Assembly: GCA_035399665.1 (NCBI GenBank)
Contig: DAOPJM010000002.1
Coordinates: forward strand, 13,484-77,483
Direction of reading: 5' to 3'
DNA: 64,000 nt
Source of the DNA: Clostridia bacterium
Lineage (GTDB): Bacteria; Bacillota; Clostridia; Christensenellales; CAG-138
Under the pieces are notes generated by a model. The model was given only the letters and a program-made list of their open reading frames with translations, ran no database searches and had not been told where the DNA came from. Numbering within the stretch: the stretch's first letter is position 1; each line of letters starts with the position of its first letter. The translations under genes and the position numbers were made by a program. Shown here piece after piece: positions 1 through 8,983 of this stretch.

Positions 1-366
1 TATCATCAGTATGACCTTATGCAGCTTGCCCCGCGCTATTGCGGCCTCATTCAGCAGACGAAGTGTGTACAGCTCACTCTGCATACTGATATCACAGAAG
101 CGAACTATGTCTTCTGATTCAGAGGGCATACCTATTCTAAGGAGCAGCTTAGGCTTATCCGTCTCTATACTTTTTAGGTTTTTGATTCGCGAGTCGGCTA
201 TAAAGTCAACCTCGCTTCTGTTCAGCACACGCACCGCTTCCTTGTCGGCACAAACAACCTTGGTAACGGCGGCACAGAGCATATCGCGCTCATGGCACCA
301 ACTCGCAATAGTGTTAGCGTTGAACAAAAGGTGTTCACGGTTTAGTATGATTTCGGGTAAACTCAT
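1..366 (-). CDS. orr: Ornithine racemase-like PLP enzyme (alanine-racemase fold), 5' part only; the gene continues beyond the window start
   Basis: Hand translation of the minus strand from ATG 366..364 (ATGA overlap with the upstream stop) gives MSLPEIILNREHLLFNANTIASWCHERDMLCAAVTKVVCADKEAVRVLNRSEVDFIADSRIKNLKSIETDKPKLLLRIGMPSE... This resembles the N-terminal barrel of alanine/ornithine racemases. It occupies the terminal position of the ornithine operon. It is missing from the ORF track because there is no stop inside the window. Confidence 0.7.
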   Translation of the reverse strand, partial: MSLPEIILNREHLLFNANTIASWCHERDMLCAAVTKVVCADKEAVRVLNRSEVDFIADSRIKNLKSIETDKPKLLLRIGMPSESEDIVRFCDISMQSELYTLRLLNEAAIARGKLHKVILMI

Positions 367-1724
367 AGGCAAAGGCTCCGTTTCATCAGCAGCATGGCGT
401 CCTCGCGGTAGTTTTTGGAGAGCGCTCCAAGGCAAGCCATGATGTAATCGTTATCGTACAATAGTTCAAGGGTGGAGGGGGTGGGGTAGAGCATGGTGCG
501 CTTCACGTTGCAGTCAGATATTCTGCGAAGGATTTGCTCTCGATGCGGCAGTCTCGTCAACGCGCCGCCCGTGCCAACAAGGTATTTAACCGTGGTAAGA
601 TCCTTGCCCTCTGCGATGGTAGTGCGCCCCTGTGGGGTGTAAAGATGCCTCAGCCTTCCCGCGTGGCGGTCTATGGCGACAAGCCCCGCTTCAAGGCATA
701 GCCTCTCGGTAAGCTTGAACTGCTCGGGAGTGTCGGGTACGGGCTTGTAGTCTTGCATAACCTTGACGGTATCTATGCCAAGCTCTGTGTCGAGCGCTTC
801 CGTACCGATACGCGACACCAAATTTTTCGCGTTGATATACAGCCCCAAGTCGCCTTCCACAGTACGCTTTGCAAAAGGCTCGGGGGAGGTCTGCATCTGT
901 GTAATCTCGTCGGAACCGTTGGTGACGCTGTGAACGTCGGTGGTAGCTCCGCCGATATCCATAACAACGACGTCACCAACCATGTCATACAGCAGCTTTG
1001 CCGCAAGCATCACGCTGCCGGGAGTAGGAAGTATCGTTCCGTCAACCATTTCGCGTATGTGTTCCATGCCGGGCGCAGTCACGATGTGCTTTTCAAACAT
1101 CGCGTGTATGCACACTCTGACCGGCTCTATGTTGAGATCGTCAATCTTGGGATAAACGTTATCCGTGAGTGACAGCGGTATGCCATATTCATCACAGATG
1201 TCCCTGACAGCAGCCTGGTTCTGAATGTTTCCGCAGTAAATAAGAGGAGCCCTTATACCGGCCCTCGCGATAAGCTTGAGGTTCTCCATGACAGTGCGGC
1301 GTTCGCCGTAATCCGTGCCGCCCGCAAGCAGCAGCAGGTTGGGCTTTGAGCGAATAATATCGTCTATATCGTATTCGTCCATAAGACCGGAGGTAGTGCC
1401 TATCACTATGGCGCCCGCGCCTAAAGCCGCGGCCTCGGCAGCCCTTACCGTCATGTCGTGTACAAGCCCGTGAACGCTCATCCTAAGACCGCCGGCTGCG
1501 GAGCCTGTGGCAAGCATTGTGCCATAGCTTAACTCATTGCAGCCAAGCATTGTCATCAGATCATCCTTAGCCTTCGTCAGCCCAATCCTAACGTCGCCGT
1601 CCAAAACGGTAGTAGCGGCCTGACCGCTCCCCACGAAACGCGGGGAGTCTCCGCCCAAGCCGCTAAAGCCGCTGACGAGCGTTGTAGTGGAACCAATCTC
1701 GGCTACAAGCGCGTCTATATGCAT
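363..1724 (-). CDS. GlmL/MutL-family protein, putative reactivating chaperone for the B12-dependent ornithine aminomutase
   Basis: 453 aa. It has actin/Hsp70-type ATPase-like motifs (DALVAEIGSTTT at the N-terminus, VMDIGGATTDV internally). It starts 1 nt after the oraE stop. The family was recalled from the glutamate mutase MutL/GlmL component and was not searched. Confidence 0.65.
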   Translation of the reverse strand: MHIDALVAEIGSTTTLVSGFSGLGGDSPRFVGSGQAATTVLDGDVRIGLTKAKDDLMTMLGCNELSYGTMLATGSAAGGLRMSVHGLVHDMTVRAAEAAALGAGAIVIGTTSGLMDEYDIDDIIRSKPNLLLLAGGTDYGERRTVMENLKLIARAGIRAPLIYCGNIQNQAAVRDICDEYGIPLSLTDNVYPKIDDLNIEPVRVCIHAMFEKHIVTAPGMEHIREMVDGTILPTPGSVMLAAKLLYDMVGDVVVMDIGGATTDVHSVTNGSDEITQMQTSPEPFAKRTVEGDLGLYINAKNLVSRIGTEALDTELGIDTVKVMQDYKPVPDTPEQFKLTERLCLEAGLVAIDRHAGRLRHLYTPQGRTTIAEGKDLTTVKYLVGTGGALTRLPHREQILRRISDCNVKRTMLYPTPSTLELLYDNDYIMACLGALSKNYREDAMLLMKRSLCL

Positions 1725-1725
1725 T

Positions 1726-3960
1726 TTAGTTTTCCTTTTGTGCTTCCATGCGTCTGCGGCGCTCCTTTACAAGGAAGGTCGCGACGTGATTGCCGTGCGT
1801 GCCTCTTCCAAAGCCCGCGTCCGCGCCCGCTTCGACAGCGCCTTCATTGGTTATCTGGGTACCGCCCGCGCATAGCATAAGCCTGTCACGGACGCCCATT
1901 TCCTTGGCGGTGTTGTCGATTCTGGCAATGTTCTTGTAGTGTATGTTGTCGTGAGAGATGATAGCGGAGCACAATATAGCGTCCGCGTTGACCTCTATCG
2001 CCGCATTGACGAACTTCTCGGGAGGTACGGAGGTTCCTAAATACAGTACCTTGATGCCGTACTTCTCAATGCCGCCGTGCTTGATGTCGATGATTTCACG
2101 CATACCTACGGAATGCTCGTCCTGACCTACGGTGCCGGCGACTACGACCATGGGACGTTCCTCGATGGCCTTTCTAAGCTCCTCATCGGAGAGAATGTCG
2201 GGCTCCTGCGGCAAAACAAGGCTGTCCATGTCGATATCGAAGCTAACCTTGCCCTTCAGCTCTATCCTTGTGCCTTCTGCGCGCTGCATGATCTCGCGAT
2301 TGATGACAACGCAGTCAGAAAGGTTCATCCGGCGTCCGACCTCAAGAGCCGCCGCTTCAGCGTGGCGCACATCGGTGGGGAAGAACATCGTGAGCATGAC
2401 GGTTCCGTCGGCAAGCCATTCCATCTCGGGACGGATATACTTAGCTTCGGGACCCGCGTACTTCTTAACCTCGTCCATGCGAAGGTATACATTGTCGGTA
2501 TCGTCAAGTTCATCAATGTAGACTATCTTTTCGGGGTGTTCAAGGGTACAGCCTCCGATGAGCCTTGAGGGATCGTCAACCGCTTCGGGATCGTACTGAG
2601 CGACATTGTTGTAGCCATAGTGAGCGGTGACTGGGGCCATATAGTCGGGGGCGCGCTTTACAACCGTGCCTACGCCTATGCCGCCGTTAATATCCCTTGC
2701 AATGCCATCGCCGTTGCGCTCAGGGAACATACCCGAATCTACGAAGAAGCCTTCCTGTACGGCTGCGAAATAGCCGCCAAGCTCGAGCATCTCCTCAAGG
2801 AAAAGTACGGCGCGTTCCTTTAGCTCGCGAGCCTTTTCCCTAAGATAGCCATCCTGCTTCAGTTCGACCATCTCCATCAGACCGTCCATGCCGACAAGCG
2901 CTTGCTTTGCGGTGTCGCAGGCCTCGATGTTGTAGATATGCCAAGGCACGTTGCGCCCTTCATCGGGGGTTATGGTGCTCTGAATATCCGCCGAGGTCAG
3001 CTTGGAGATAAGCATGTTCAGAACGTGAGTCACCGTGGCTTCCCTTGTGGAGGCCTCAATGTACTTGGTATTCATCTGTGCGCGCATACGATAACCTTCA
3101 AAGAGGTCACGAAGCGCCACGGCATAAGGCAAGTCCATGTGTACGCAGGGCGCGGGGGTGGCGGAAGGAGGAACGGTCGAAAGACAGATGTTCTCCTTTT
3201 TCATGCCGATGCGATAGGACAGCAGGGAGTTAATCGCGTGCTGTACCATAAGCTCGGGCATGACCTTCCATGCGTCGCGTGCGGTGGCGTTAGCGTTGTG
3301 CGCGCCGTCAATCTGCGCCATGTCCGCCCAAGCCATTATACGCTTGGATTCACAAGCGTCCACGAACGAGCGAACCATGTTGATGTTGCGGTAGATTACA
3401 TTGTACTGCGGGTCTTGGTGAGCGCCGTTGACACCCTCCTCCGCGAACATGACAGCGATGTCGGGACCCGCGACTCCGCTCACATAGGAGTGGTAATTAA
3501 TCGGTCTGCCGACTTCATCCTCAATCATGTCCAAAGCCTTGCGCTGCGCCCTGACCTGCTTGCGTGTTACGGGTACACCGCCGCTGCCCTGAGGACTGCC
3601 TTCGATAAGCCCGTCATAATGGGACTGACCGGCCGTGCGGATAACCATAATGTGATCCGCGCCGTGGTGTGCCGCCATGCGCATTCTTCGAATGTCATCC
3701 TCAAACCTGCCCGAAGCTATCTCTGTCGTGATGGTAGGGAGGGGCTGCGGGTCGATATCGTCAAAGTAGTGCGCCGGAGGCAGGCCTACGCTGTCATGTA
3801 GCGGCTTGCTGCAATCCTCATAGGTGAAAGGCCCCATGTGCAGATCGGAGACATGCTCACGCCAAGTCCAGCCGTGCCGCCTCGGGTGATAATGCTCAAG
3901 ATTCTCCAGAACCTTGGCTACGTCTATGCGCTCATCGGGTTTCATGCTATATTCGCTCAT
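1726..3960 (-). CDS. oraE: D-ornithine 4,5-aminomutase, large (E/beta) subunit
   Basis: 744 aa. The C-terminal cobalamin-binding domain carries a DxHxxG-type motif (QDEHSVG). It follows a 121-aa OraS-sized gene with an ATGA overlap. Confidence 0.85.
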   Translation of the reverse strand: MSEYSMKPDERIDVAKVLENLEHYHPRRHGWTWREHVSDLHMGPFTYEDCSKPLHDSVGLPPAHYFDDIDPQPLPTITTEIASGRFEDDIRRMRMAAHHGADHIMVIRTAGQSHYDGLIEGSPQGSGGVPVTRKQVRAQRKALDMIEDEVGRPINYHSYVSGVAGPDIAVMFAEEGVNGAHQDPQYNVIYRNINMVRSFVDACESKRIMAWADMAQIDGAHNANATARDAWKVMPELMVQHAINSLLSYRIGMKKENICLSTVPPSATPAPCVHMDLPYAVALRDLFEGYRMRAQMNTKYIEASTREATVTHVLNMLISKLTSADIQSTITPDEGRNVPWHIYNIEACDTAKQALVGMDGLMEMVELKQDGYLREKARELKERAVLFLEEMLELGGYFAAVQEGFFVDSGMFPERNGDGIARDINGGIGVGTVVKRAPDYMAPVTAHYGYNNVAQYDPEAVDDPSRLIGGCTLEHPEKIVYIDELDDTDNVYLRMDEVKKYAGPEAKYIRPEMEWLADGTVMLTMFFPTDVRHAEAAALEVGRRMNLSDCVVINREIMQRAEGTRIELKGKVSFDIDMDSLVLPQEPDILSDEELRKAIEERPMVVVAGTVGQDEHSVGMREIIDIKHGGIEKYGIKVLYLGTSVPPEKFVNAAIEVNADAILCSAIISHDNIHYKNIARIDNTAKEMGVRDRLMLCAGGTQITNEGAVEAGADAGFGRGTHGNHVATFLVKERRRRMEAQKEN

Positions 3961-4322
3961 GCTTTTGCACCTCTAAACAGCGTTTCCGCCCTTTCCCAAG
4001 CGTCGCCGCTCACTAATGCTTCGCCGGCCTCACGTATGGACTTGTCCTCGGACTTCGACAGGCGATAGACGACATTGCCTGCGCCGTGCTGCAATAAGCC
4101 ATGTTCTAAGCAGCCGTTGACTATGGCCTTGGCCTCAACGGAGGAAAAGCCCATGCGCAGTAAAACGCTGCGTTCTATGGAAGGCGAGGTGTTGTCATAG
4201 CCCAGGGTCAAAAGCGGATCCGTGAGCTGCTCCACGCAAGACCAAAACCTTGCGTGCAGCTCCTCGTCGCTGAGGGAAGCTAAGTGTTCCCTGCGTGTTT
4301 CGAAATCGTCGTTTCTCTTCAT
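3957..4322 (-). CDS. oraS: D-ornithine 4,5-aminomutase, small (S/alpha) subunit
   Basis: 121 aa. Its size and its position between ortB and oraE match the described ornithine cluster. It overlaps both neighbours by 4 nt. Confidence 0.8.
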   Translation of the reverse strand: MKRNDDFETRREHLASLSDEELHARFWSCVEQLTDPLLTLGYDNTSPSIERSVLLRMGFSSVEAKAIVNGCLEHGLLQHGAGNVVYRLSKSEDKSIREAGEALVSGDAWERAETLFRGAKA

Positions 4323-5710
4323 ACCAGATGATTCCTGACAAAGTCGGCGCCGGTCTTGGTCTCCTCGGCCAAGAAGGCGATGTCTTCGTCGGTGGGAGCG
4401 TGGTCAATCGTCTTGACGGCGTGGTGAATGAGGGAAGCCCTGAGATGCTCCATGTCCGCAGGGCGCGCCTTGATCAAAGACGGATGGCTCGGGAAGACTA
4501 TGTTCTTGCCGGGAACGTCGGTTTCGGGATCGCCAAAGTGAATGTCGATGCCGTTCTGCCTTGCGAAGGAGAGCTGAGCATTGACATGCTTGCCGGCTCC
4601 GGTATATTCGGTTTCCTGAACCACTATGCACTTATCAGCGGGAAGCTGCTGCGCAAGCGCGAAAGCCGCCGCAAGGGAAGTGTTGCCGGCGGGACCCTTT
4701 TCCATACCTTCGAGTACGGCAAGAGCCTCGGTGATGTAGAACACCTCACCCTGATTGACGGTGACGTACCTGTCCATGTAGCGAAGCGGTCTTGCCGCGC
4801 TCCTGGGGACGTCGCTCCTGTCGGGCCAAGTCGCAAAGGGCATACCGAAACCGGTGTGACCCGTGGTGAAGGATTTGAGGTTAAACTGAGTATCTGAGGC
4901 CATGTGCAGACCCCTGAGGTTGACGGACGCAGCCACGACTTCAGCGTTGCAGCCTGCTTTCAAAAGACCCCTTGCGGTTCCCGTGAGGTTGCCGCCGCCG
5001 GCATTGGTAGCTACTACCATGTCCGGATCGCGGTCGAACCTTGCACGGAACTGCTGAGCTATCTCCCAACCCAAGGTTTCAACGCCCGCAACGCCGAAGG
5101 GCGTATAGAGGGAAGCGTTGAAGTATTCGGTGTCCTCAAGCATACGCAGGAACATATAGAACAGCTCGGGCCCAACCGTGAGCTGAACGACCTCAGCGCC
5201 CAAGGCCTCGCATTTTCTGGCCTTTTCTACTATCTCGGGCTGACCTACGCCATGGGAGTCAAAGCACTCCTGCACCACGATGCACTTCAAACCCGCTTTT
5301 GCTGCGCAGGCCGCGACAGCCGCACCATAGTTGCCGGAGGTCGCGGCGATAACGCCCTTGTAGCCCATGCGCTTTGCGTGGTAGATGCTGGTGCAGGCTC
5401 TGCGCACCTTGAAGCTGCCGGAGAGGTTCGCGGCCTCGTCTTTGACAAAGATGCGGGCGCCGAAGCCGGCGGGGGCGCAGGCCCTTGCCAAAGCTGTGAT
5501 GTTCTTCAGTTCGATTAAGGGGGTATCTCCGATGTTGTAGTCATGCTGTATCTTGCGAACGGAGTCTATGGTATAGCCCGTGGCAGCCATCATGCCCTCA
5601 TAATCAAAGGCTATGGAACCGCTCTCGAAGTCGTCGTAGTCCATGCCTACCGCAGCCTTCATGATCTGGTTCTTGCGAGCCATTACCGCATTGTAGCTGT
5701 TGTCCTGCAT
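4319..5710 (-). CDS. ortB: 2-amino-4-ketopentanoate thiolase, beta (PLP) subunit
   Basis: 463 aa. It has fold-type II PLP enzyme motifs (LSGSFKVRRA lysine, ATSGNYGAAVA). It is located between ortA and oraS. Confidence 0.8.
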   Translation of the reverse strand: MQDNSYNAVMARKNQIMKAAVGMDYDDFESGSIAFDYEGMMAATGYTIDSVRKIQHDYNIGDTPLIELKNITALARACAPAGFGARIFVKDEAANLSGSFKVRRACTSIYHAKRMGYKGVIAATSGNYGAAVAACAAKAGLKCIVVQECFDSHGVGQPEIVEKARKCEALGAEVVQLTVGPELFYMFLRMLEDTEYFNASLYTPFGVAGVETLGWEIAQQFRARFDRDPDMVVATNAGGGNLTGTARGLLKAGCNAEVVAASVNLRGLHMASDTQFNLKSFTTGHTGFGMPFATWPDRSDVPRSAARPLRYMDRYVTVNQGEVFYITEALAVLEGMEKGPAGNTSLAAAFALAQQLPADKCIVVQETEYTGAGKHVNAQLSFARQNGIDIHFGDPETDVPGKNIVFPSHPSLIKARPADMEHLRASLIHHAVKTIDHAPTDEDIAFLAEETKTGADFVRNHLV

Positions 5711-6012
5711 TACCTGTCACCTCCGAAAACAATACCCTTTACGGTTGCGTCGATTTCAAGCAACTCCGGAATGAAGTTGCCAAAGCTGTGATTATACGAG
5801 GGGTTGACGGCACAAAGCCTGCCCTCGACCGTCCTGCCTGTGATGGTAAGCACAGAAATAGTGTCGCCAAGCTCGGCGGACTCGTTTAGCATATGTCCTT
5901 TAACCCACATTTCAAGCGGAAGCTGATGAGTGTCTTCGGGAACGCTTGCGGCTCTCTGCTCAGGCTCCAAGACTATAACGTGGATCTGCACCCAATCACC
6001 CTTTTTGATCAT
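5710..6012 (-). CDS. ortA: 2-amino-4-ketopentanoate thiolase, alpha subunit
   Basis: 100 aa small subunit. It overlaps the ortB start by 1 nt and lies directly downstream of ord. Confidence 0.7.
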   Translation of the reverse strand: MIKKGDWVQIHVIVLEPEQRAASVPEDTHQLPLEMWVKGHMLNESAELGDTISVLTITGRTVEGRLCAVNPSYNHSFGNFIPELLEIDATVKGIVFGGDR

Positions 6013-6027
6013 TTCGTTCGCCTCCGA

Positions 6028-7068
6028 TCAATCACAATCGATCATGTCGCGCATGTCGCCCATAATGGCGCGGGGCACGGGCAGATCTATCATGGACTTA
6101 AGACCGGGTTTCGCGTTGATGACGTGAGGGATGAGGTTGACGGCCATGGCTATGGTGCCGATACCGCCGTTGACCTCGGGACGAATTGCCATGTTGACAT
6201 TGGGGGTGCCGCGAAGCTCGATGTAGTCGCCGGTATGGGTGCCTTCCATCTCAGGCTCAATCTGCTGAGGATGGTACATGTCAATCTTGACCTCGCCGTC
6301 AACGTAGCCTTGACCCGTCATGTTAACGCCCGCGACGTCGCCGGCAGCCGCAAAACCATAGGGAGATTTGCGGTCAACCGTGGTCACGATTGGCTTCATC
6401 TGCTGTTCAAACTTGTCAACCTTCCAACCCAAAGCATCGGCGATCATGTTTACGGACTCGGCAAAGCCAACGTGTCCCGCCAAATGACCGGTGCGGCAGC
6501 CTTCCTCAAACTCTTCAACGGTGATGCCGATTCCCTGTTCCTTCATTACCAAGGGGCCGAAGGGGGAGAGGCTGTTGACTCTGCGGCAGAGTACGGATTC
6601 GACGTCGGTCATGCAGCCCGAGAGGCACACGGCAAGAAGATCCATCATCAAACCGGGGTTAATGCCCGTACCGGCAACGGTCACACCGTTGGCCTTGGCA
6701 AGGCGGTCAATCTCGGCGGCAAGCTCGGGGGACTGAGCCTTGGGGTAAGCCATTTCTTCGGCAATGGTGACGACGTTGATGCCTTTTTCGACAAGCAGCT
6801 TGATCTTGGGGAAAGCGTTCTTGGTGAAGGAGTCGGTGCAAAGCAGACATACGTCCGGCTTTACGGCAAGAACCTTCTCGATATCAGCGTTGATGATGAC
6901 GTCCTCTCTGTCACCGCGTTCCACGCCCAGCACCTCAAAGATGCTCTTGCCGGAAGTGCGCCTTGCGCAAGCGCCGGTGATGTCAACGCCCTTTTTGGTG
7001 AGCAGCACCTTGGCGGCGCCGCCGCCCATAGCTCCGAAACCCCAGATAGCGACCTTAATGTTCTGCAT
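6028..7068 (-). CDS. ord: 2,4-diaminopentanoate dehydrogenase
   Basis: 346 aa. It has an N-terminal Rossmann GxGxxG motif (AIWGFGAMGGG). It is the first gene of the ornithine operon, and a GGAGG RBS precedes the ATG on the minus strand. Confidence 0.8.
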   Translation of the reverse strand: MQNIKVAIWGFGAMGGGAAKVLLTKKGVDITGACARRTSGKSIFEVLGVERGDREDVIINADIEKVLAVKPDVCLLCTDSFTKNAFPKIKLLVEKGINVVTIAEEMAYPKAQSPELAAEIDRLAKANGVTVAGTGINPGLMMDLLAVCLSGCMTDVESVLCRRVNSLSPFGPLVMKEQGIGITVEEFEEGCRTGHLAGHVGFAESVNMIADALGWKVDKFEQQMKPIVTTVDRKSPYGFAAAGDVAGVNMTGQGYVDGEVKIDMYHPQQIEPEMEGTHTGDYIELRGTPNVNMAIRPEVNGGIGTIAMAVNLIPHVINAKPGLKSMIDLPVPRAIMGDMRDMIDCD

Positions 7069-7272
7069 AATAACCTCCGATTGATTTATTTATTGAGTTC
7101 TAAAACCTTGTGAGGGGGGAATAAAAGTCTCCCAACCCGCAGCTTGAATAATATCAGATTTATGCAGGCATTGCAATAGCCGCAAAGGTATATATTATAA
7201 CTTCTTTACAAACCCTGCGGCAAACTTGACCTTTGGACAGGAGCGCTGGGTTAAGGCCTTTCTTATTCGCTG

Positions 7273-7301
7273 TTGCAAACAATGCAAAGAGGTGATAATA
7301 T
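7273..7301 (+). promoter_or_regulatory. Sigma-70-type promoter for the TusA-like gene, overlapping a palindrome
   Basis: TTGCAA (7273-7278), a 17-nt spacer, then TAATAT (7296-7301) with an upstream TGa. The -35 box lies inside the perfect palindrome TTGCA-aacaa-TGCAA (7273-7287). Confidence 0.5.
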
Positions 7302-7403
7302 TAAATTGACAAAACTAACAGGCGGTGATATCGGGCAGGGGTTCATACACAAAGACTGAGAACGATACATTACTTAAATACCGCCCTTTAGGAAGGAGTT
7401 TTT

Positions 7404-7607
7404 ATGGTAGATGCAAGAGGCTTGAACTGTCCGCTGCCCGTGGTCATGGTGCAGCGTGAGATAAACGCGAACCACCCTGATAAGCTTGAGGTGTGGGTGG
7501 ACAACATTGCGGCCGAGCAGAATGTCACGCGCTTTGCAAAGTCGCAGGGCTACACTGTTGCCGCAGAGGATATAGACGGCGACTACCTGATGACATTAAG
7601 AAAATAG
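7404..7607 (+). CDS. TusA/SirA-family sulfur(selenium)-carrier-like protein
   Basis: 67 aa. It has the diagnostic N-terminal Cys motif (DARGLNCPLPVV). AGGAAGGAG RBS. Confidence 0.8.
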   Translation: MVDARGLNCPLPVVMVQREINANHPDKLEVWVDNIAAEQNVTRFAKSQGYTVAAEDIDGDYLMTLRK

Positions 7608-7658
7608 CTGCACAGCAAGACTACTCCGACAAAGCACACGTTGAAACCGGAGCAGCAG

Positions 7659-7695
7659 AAAGCCCGAGCAGGTTTTGTGGCAAGCTCGGGCTTTT
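7659..7695. terminator. Bidirectional intrinsic terminator between the convergent TusA-like and guaD genes
   Basis: The stem is aaaGCCCGAGC / GCTCGGGCttt with a 14-nt loop. It is flanked by an A-run on one side and TTTT on the other. Confidence 0.6.
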
Positions 7696-7729
7696 GATGT
7701 CTTTTGTAATATATGGGGGTCGAGCAGGT

Positions 7730-8983
7730 CTATTTCAGCCTTTTGCCGTTCCCGTACACGGCCTTAATCTGCCTGTCATCACACATATAGAAGCAGCGTC
7801 CGAAGCGATCGCGCACGGAAAGCTTATCGGTTCCGAACAGCGCGGTATCGTCTACGATGATGGCGTGAAGCTTCTCACCCTTGGCAAAGCCCGATTTTGA
7901 GCCGAAGTATTCCGCCCCCGCGCCTGTCGCAAGGTAATACGCCTCGGCAACGGTAAGAAACGGGGTCGTATATTCGCTTTGCACATTGATCACCTTTGAG
8001 GTGTATATAGCGTTTCTTGCGGCGCGTATCATGGAGAGACTTGTACCTCCCGCGATGTCCGAGCCGAGTACCACATGAATACCCATGTCGAGCATCTTTC
8101 GCACAGGTGAAAGGCCGCTTACTATGCTTATATTGGAATCCGCACAATGCACCGCGTACACATTGTTGCGGCGTATCGCTTCAAGCTCCTCGTCATCGCA
8201 GTAGACGCAATGCGCCATGAGTGTGTGATCACCGAAAAGCCCAAACCTGTCATAGCTTTGATAATAGTGAGTAATGCCCGGCTGCAAAGAAAGCACCAAG
8301 GCCTGTTCGACACGATTCTCGGAAAGGTGGGACTGCACATACAGACCGCGTTCGCGAGCGAGCTTACCGAGCCACTCCAAAAGCTCCATGGAGCAGGAGG
8401 GCGTAAAGCGAGGCGTGAGCATGGGACGAATATTCTTGAAATCGCCGCAGCTGTCAAGCCAGCGCAGGGTCTCGCGTTTGCTTTCTTCTGTGGTTTCCAC
8501 TAACCGACAGTTGGGGTTGGTGTCCATGTTGACCTTGCCGACAAATCCGGTTATGCCTGCGTTCTCAAGCTCTTCCATGAGTATGAGAGTTGAGTCAACA
8601 TGCAGGGATGAGAACATACTAACCCTTGTAGTGCCGTTGTCCACCAATTCTCTGGCAAGTCTCTTATATACCTTTCGCGCATACTCGGTATCGGCAAAGC
8701 GCAATTCGATGGGGAAGGTGTAAGCCGCGAGCCAATCCAAAAGCTGAAGGTCGTAGCCCATACCGAGGTTGGGATACTGCGGAGCGTGACTATGCATATC
8801 GCAAAAGGACTGCATAACAAGCGCGTCTTTATAATCGTCGATTTCGCCCGCAAAGCCCAAGGGCAGTGCGGGAAGCGTCTCGACTGTCGTGCCGTCGTCG
8901 TTTGTAATGATGCAGCCGTTTGGGAGAATGTCCAGCTTCCCCAAAGATTTTGCTTCTATTATATTACCCCTTATCGCTCTCAT
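7730..8983 (-). CDS. guaD: Guanine deaminase (amidohydrolase superfamily)
   Basis: Blocks match my memory of E. coli GuaD: HSHAPQ (HxHxxQ), QLLDWLAAYTFPIE, NGTTRV, LTPRFTPSCS, SHLSEN, GSDIAGG. I chose the start at Met9 of the track ORF (MRAIRGN) because GAGGTG lies 6 nt upstream. The track start at 9007 is also possible. Confidence 0.75.
   Translation of the reverse strand: MRAIRGNIIEAKSLGKLDILPNGCIITNDDGTTVETLPALPLGFAGEIDDYKDALVMQSFCDMHSHAPQYPNLGMGYDLQLLDWLAAYTFPIELRFADTEYARKVYKRLARELVDNGTTRVSMFSSLHVDSTLILMEELENAGITGFVGKVNMDTNPNCRLVETTEESKRETLRWLDSCGDFKNIRPMLTPRFTPSCSMELLEWLGKLARERGLYVQSHLSENRVEQALVLSLQPGITHYYQSYDRFGLFGDHTLMAHCVYCDDEELEAIRRNNVYAVHCADSNISIVSGLSPVRKMLDMGIHVVLGSDIAGGTSLSMIRAARNAIYTSKVINVQSEYTTPFLTVAEAYYLATGAGAEYFGSKSGFAKGEKLHAIIVDDTALFGTDKLSVRDRFGRCFYMCDDRQIKAVYGNGKRLK

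Noticed and set aside
11-442. 143-aa plus-strand ORF at the left edge
   Set aside because: It lies antisense to the minus-strand orr/reactivase genes, which have clear family signatures and operon logic. It is Ser/Leu/Arg-rich with no motif or RBS.
2902-3801. 299-aa plus-strand ORF, plus several 60-160-aa ORFs at 2077-2823
   Set aside because: They are shadow ORFs antisense to oraE, with no recognisable domains.
5893-7113. 406-aa plus-strand ORF
   Set aside because: It is entirely antisense to ord and ortA. Its Gly/Ala/His/Val-rich shadow-frame composition is typical of the opposite strand of GC3-rich genes. It would run through the ord RBS and promoter region.
7165-7181. Sigma-54-like GG-N10-GC element (aGGCATtgcaaTAGCc) in the ord/tusA divergent region
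   Set aside because: It matches only the minimal dinucleotides. It points towards the tusA-like gene from more than 220 nt away. No enhancer-binding-protein gene is in the window, and better sigma-70-type hexamers exist.
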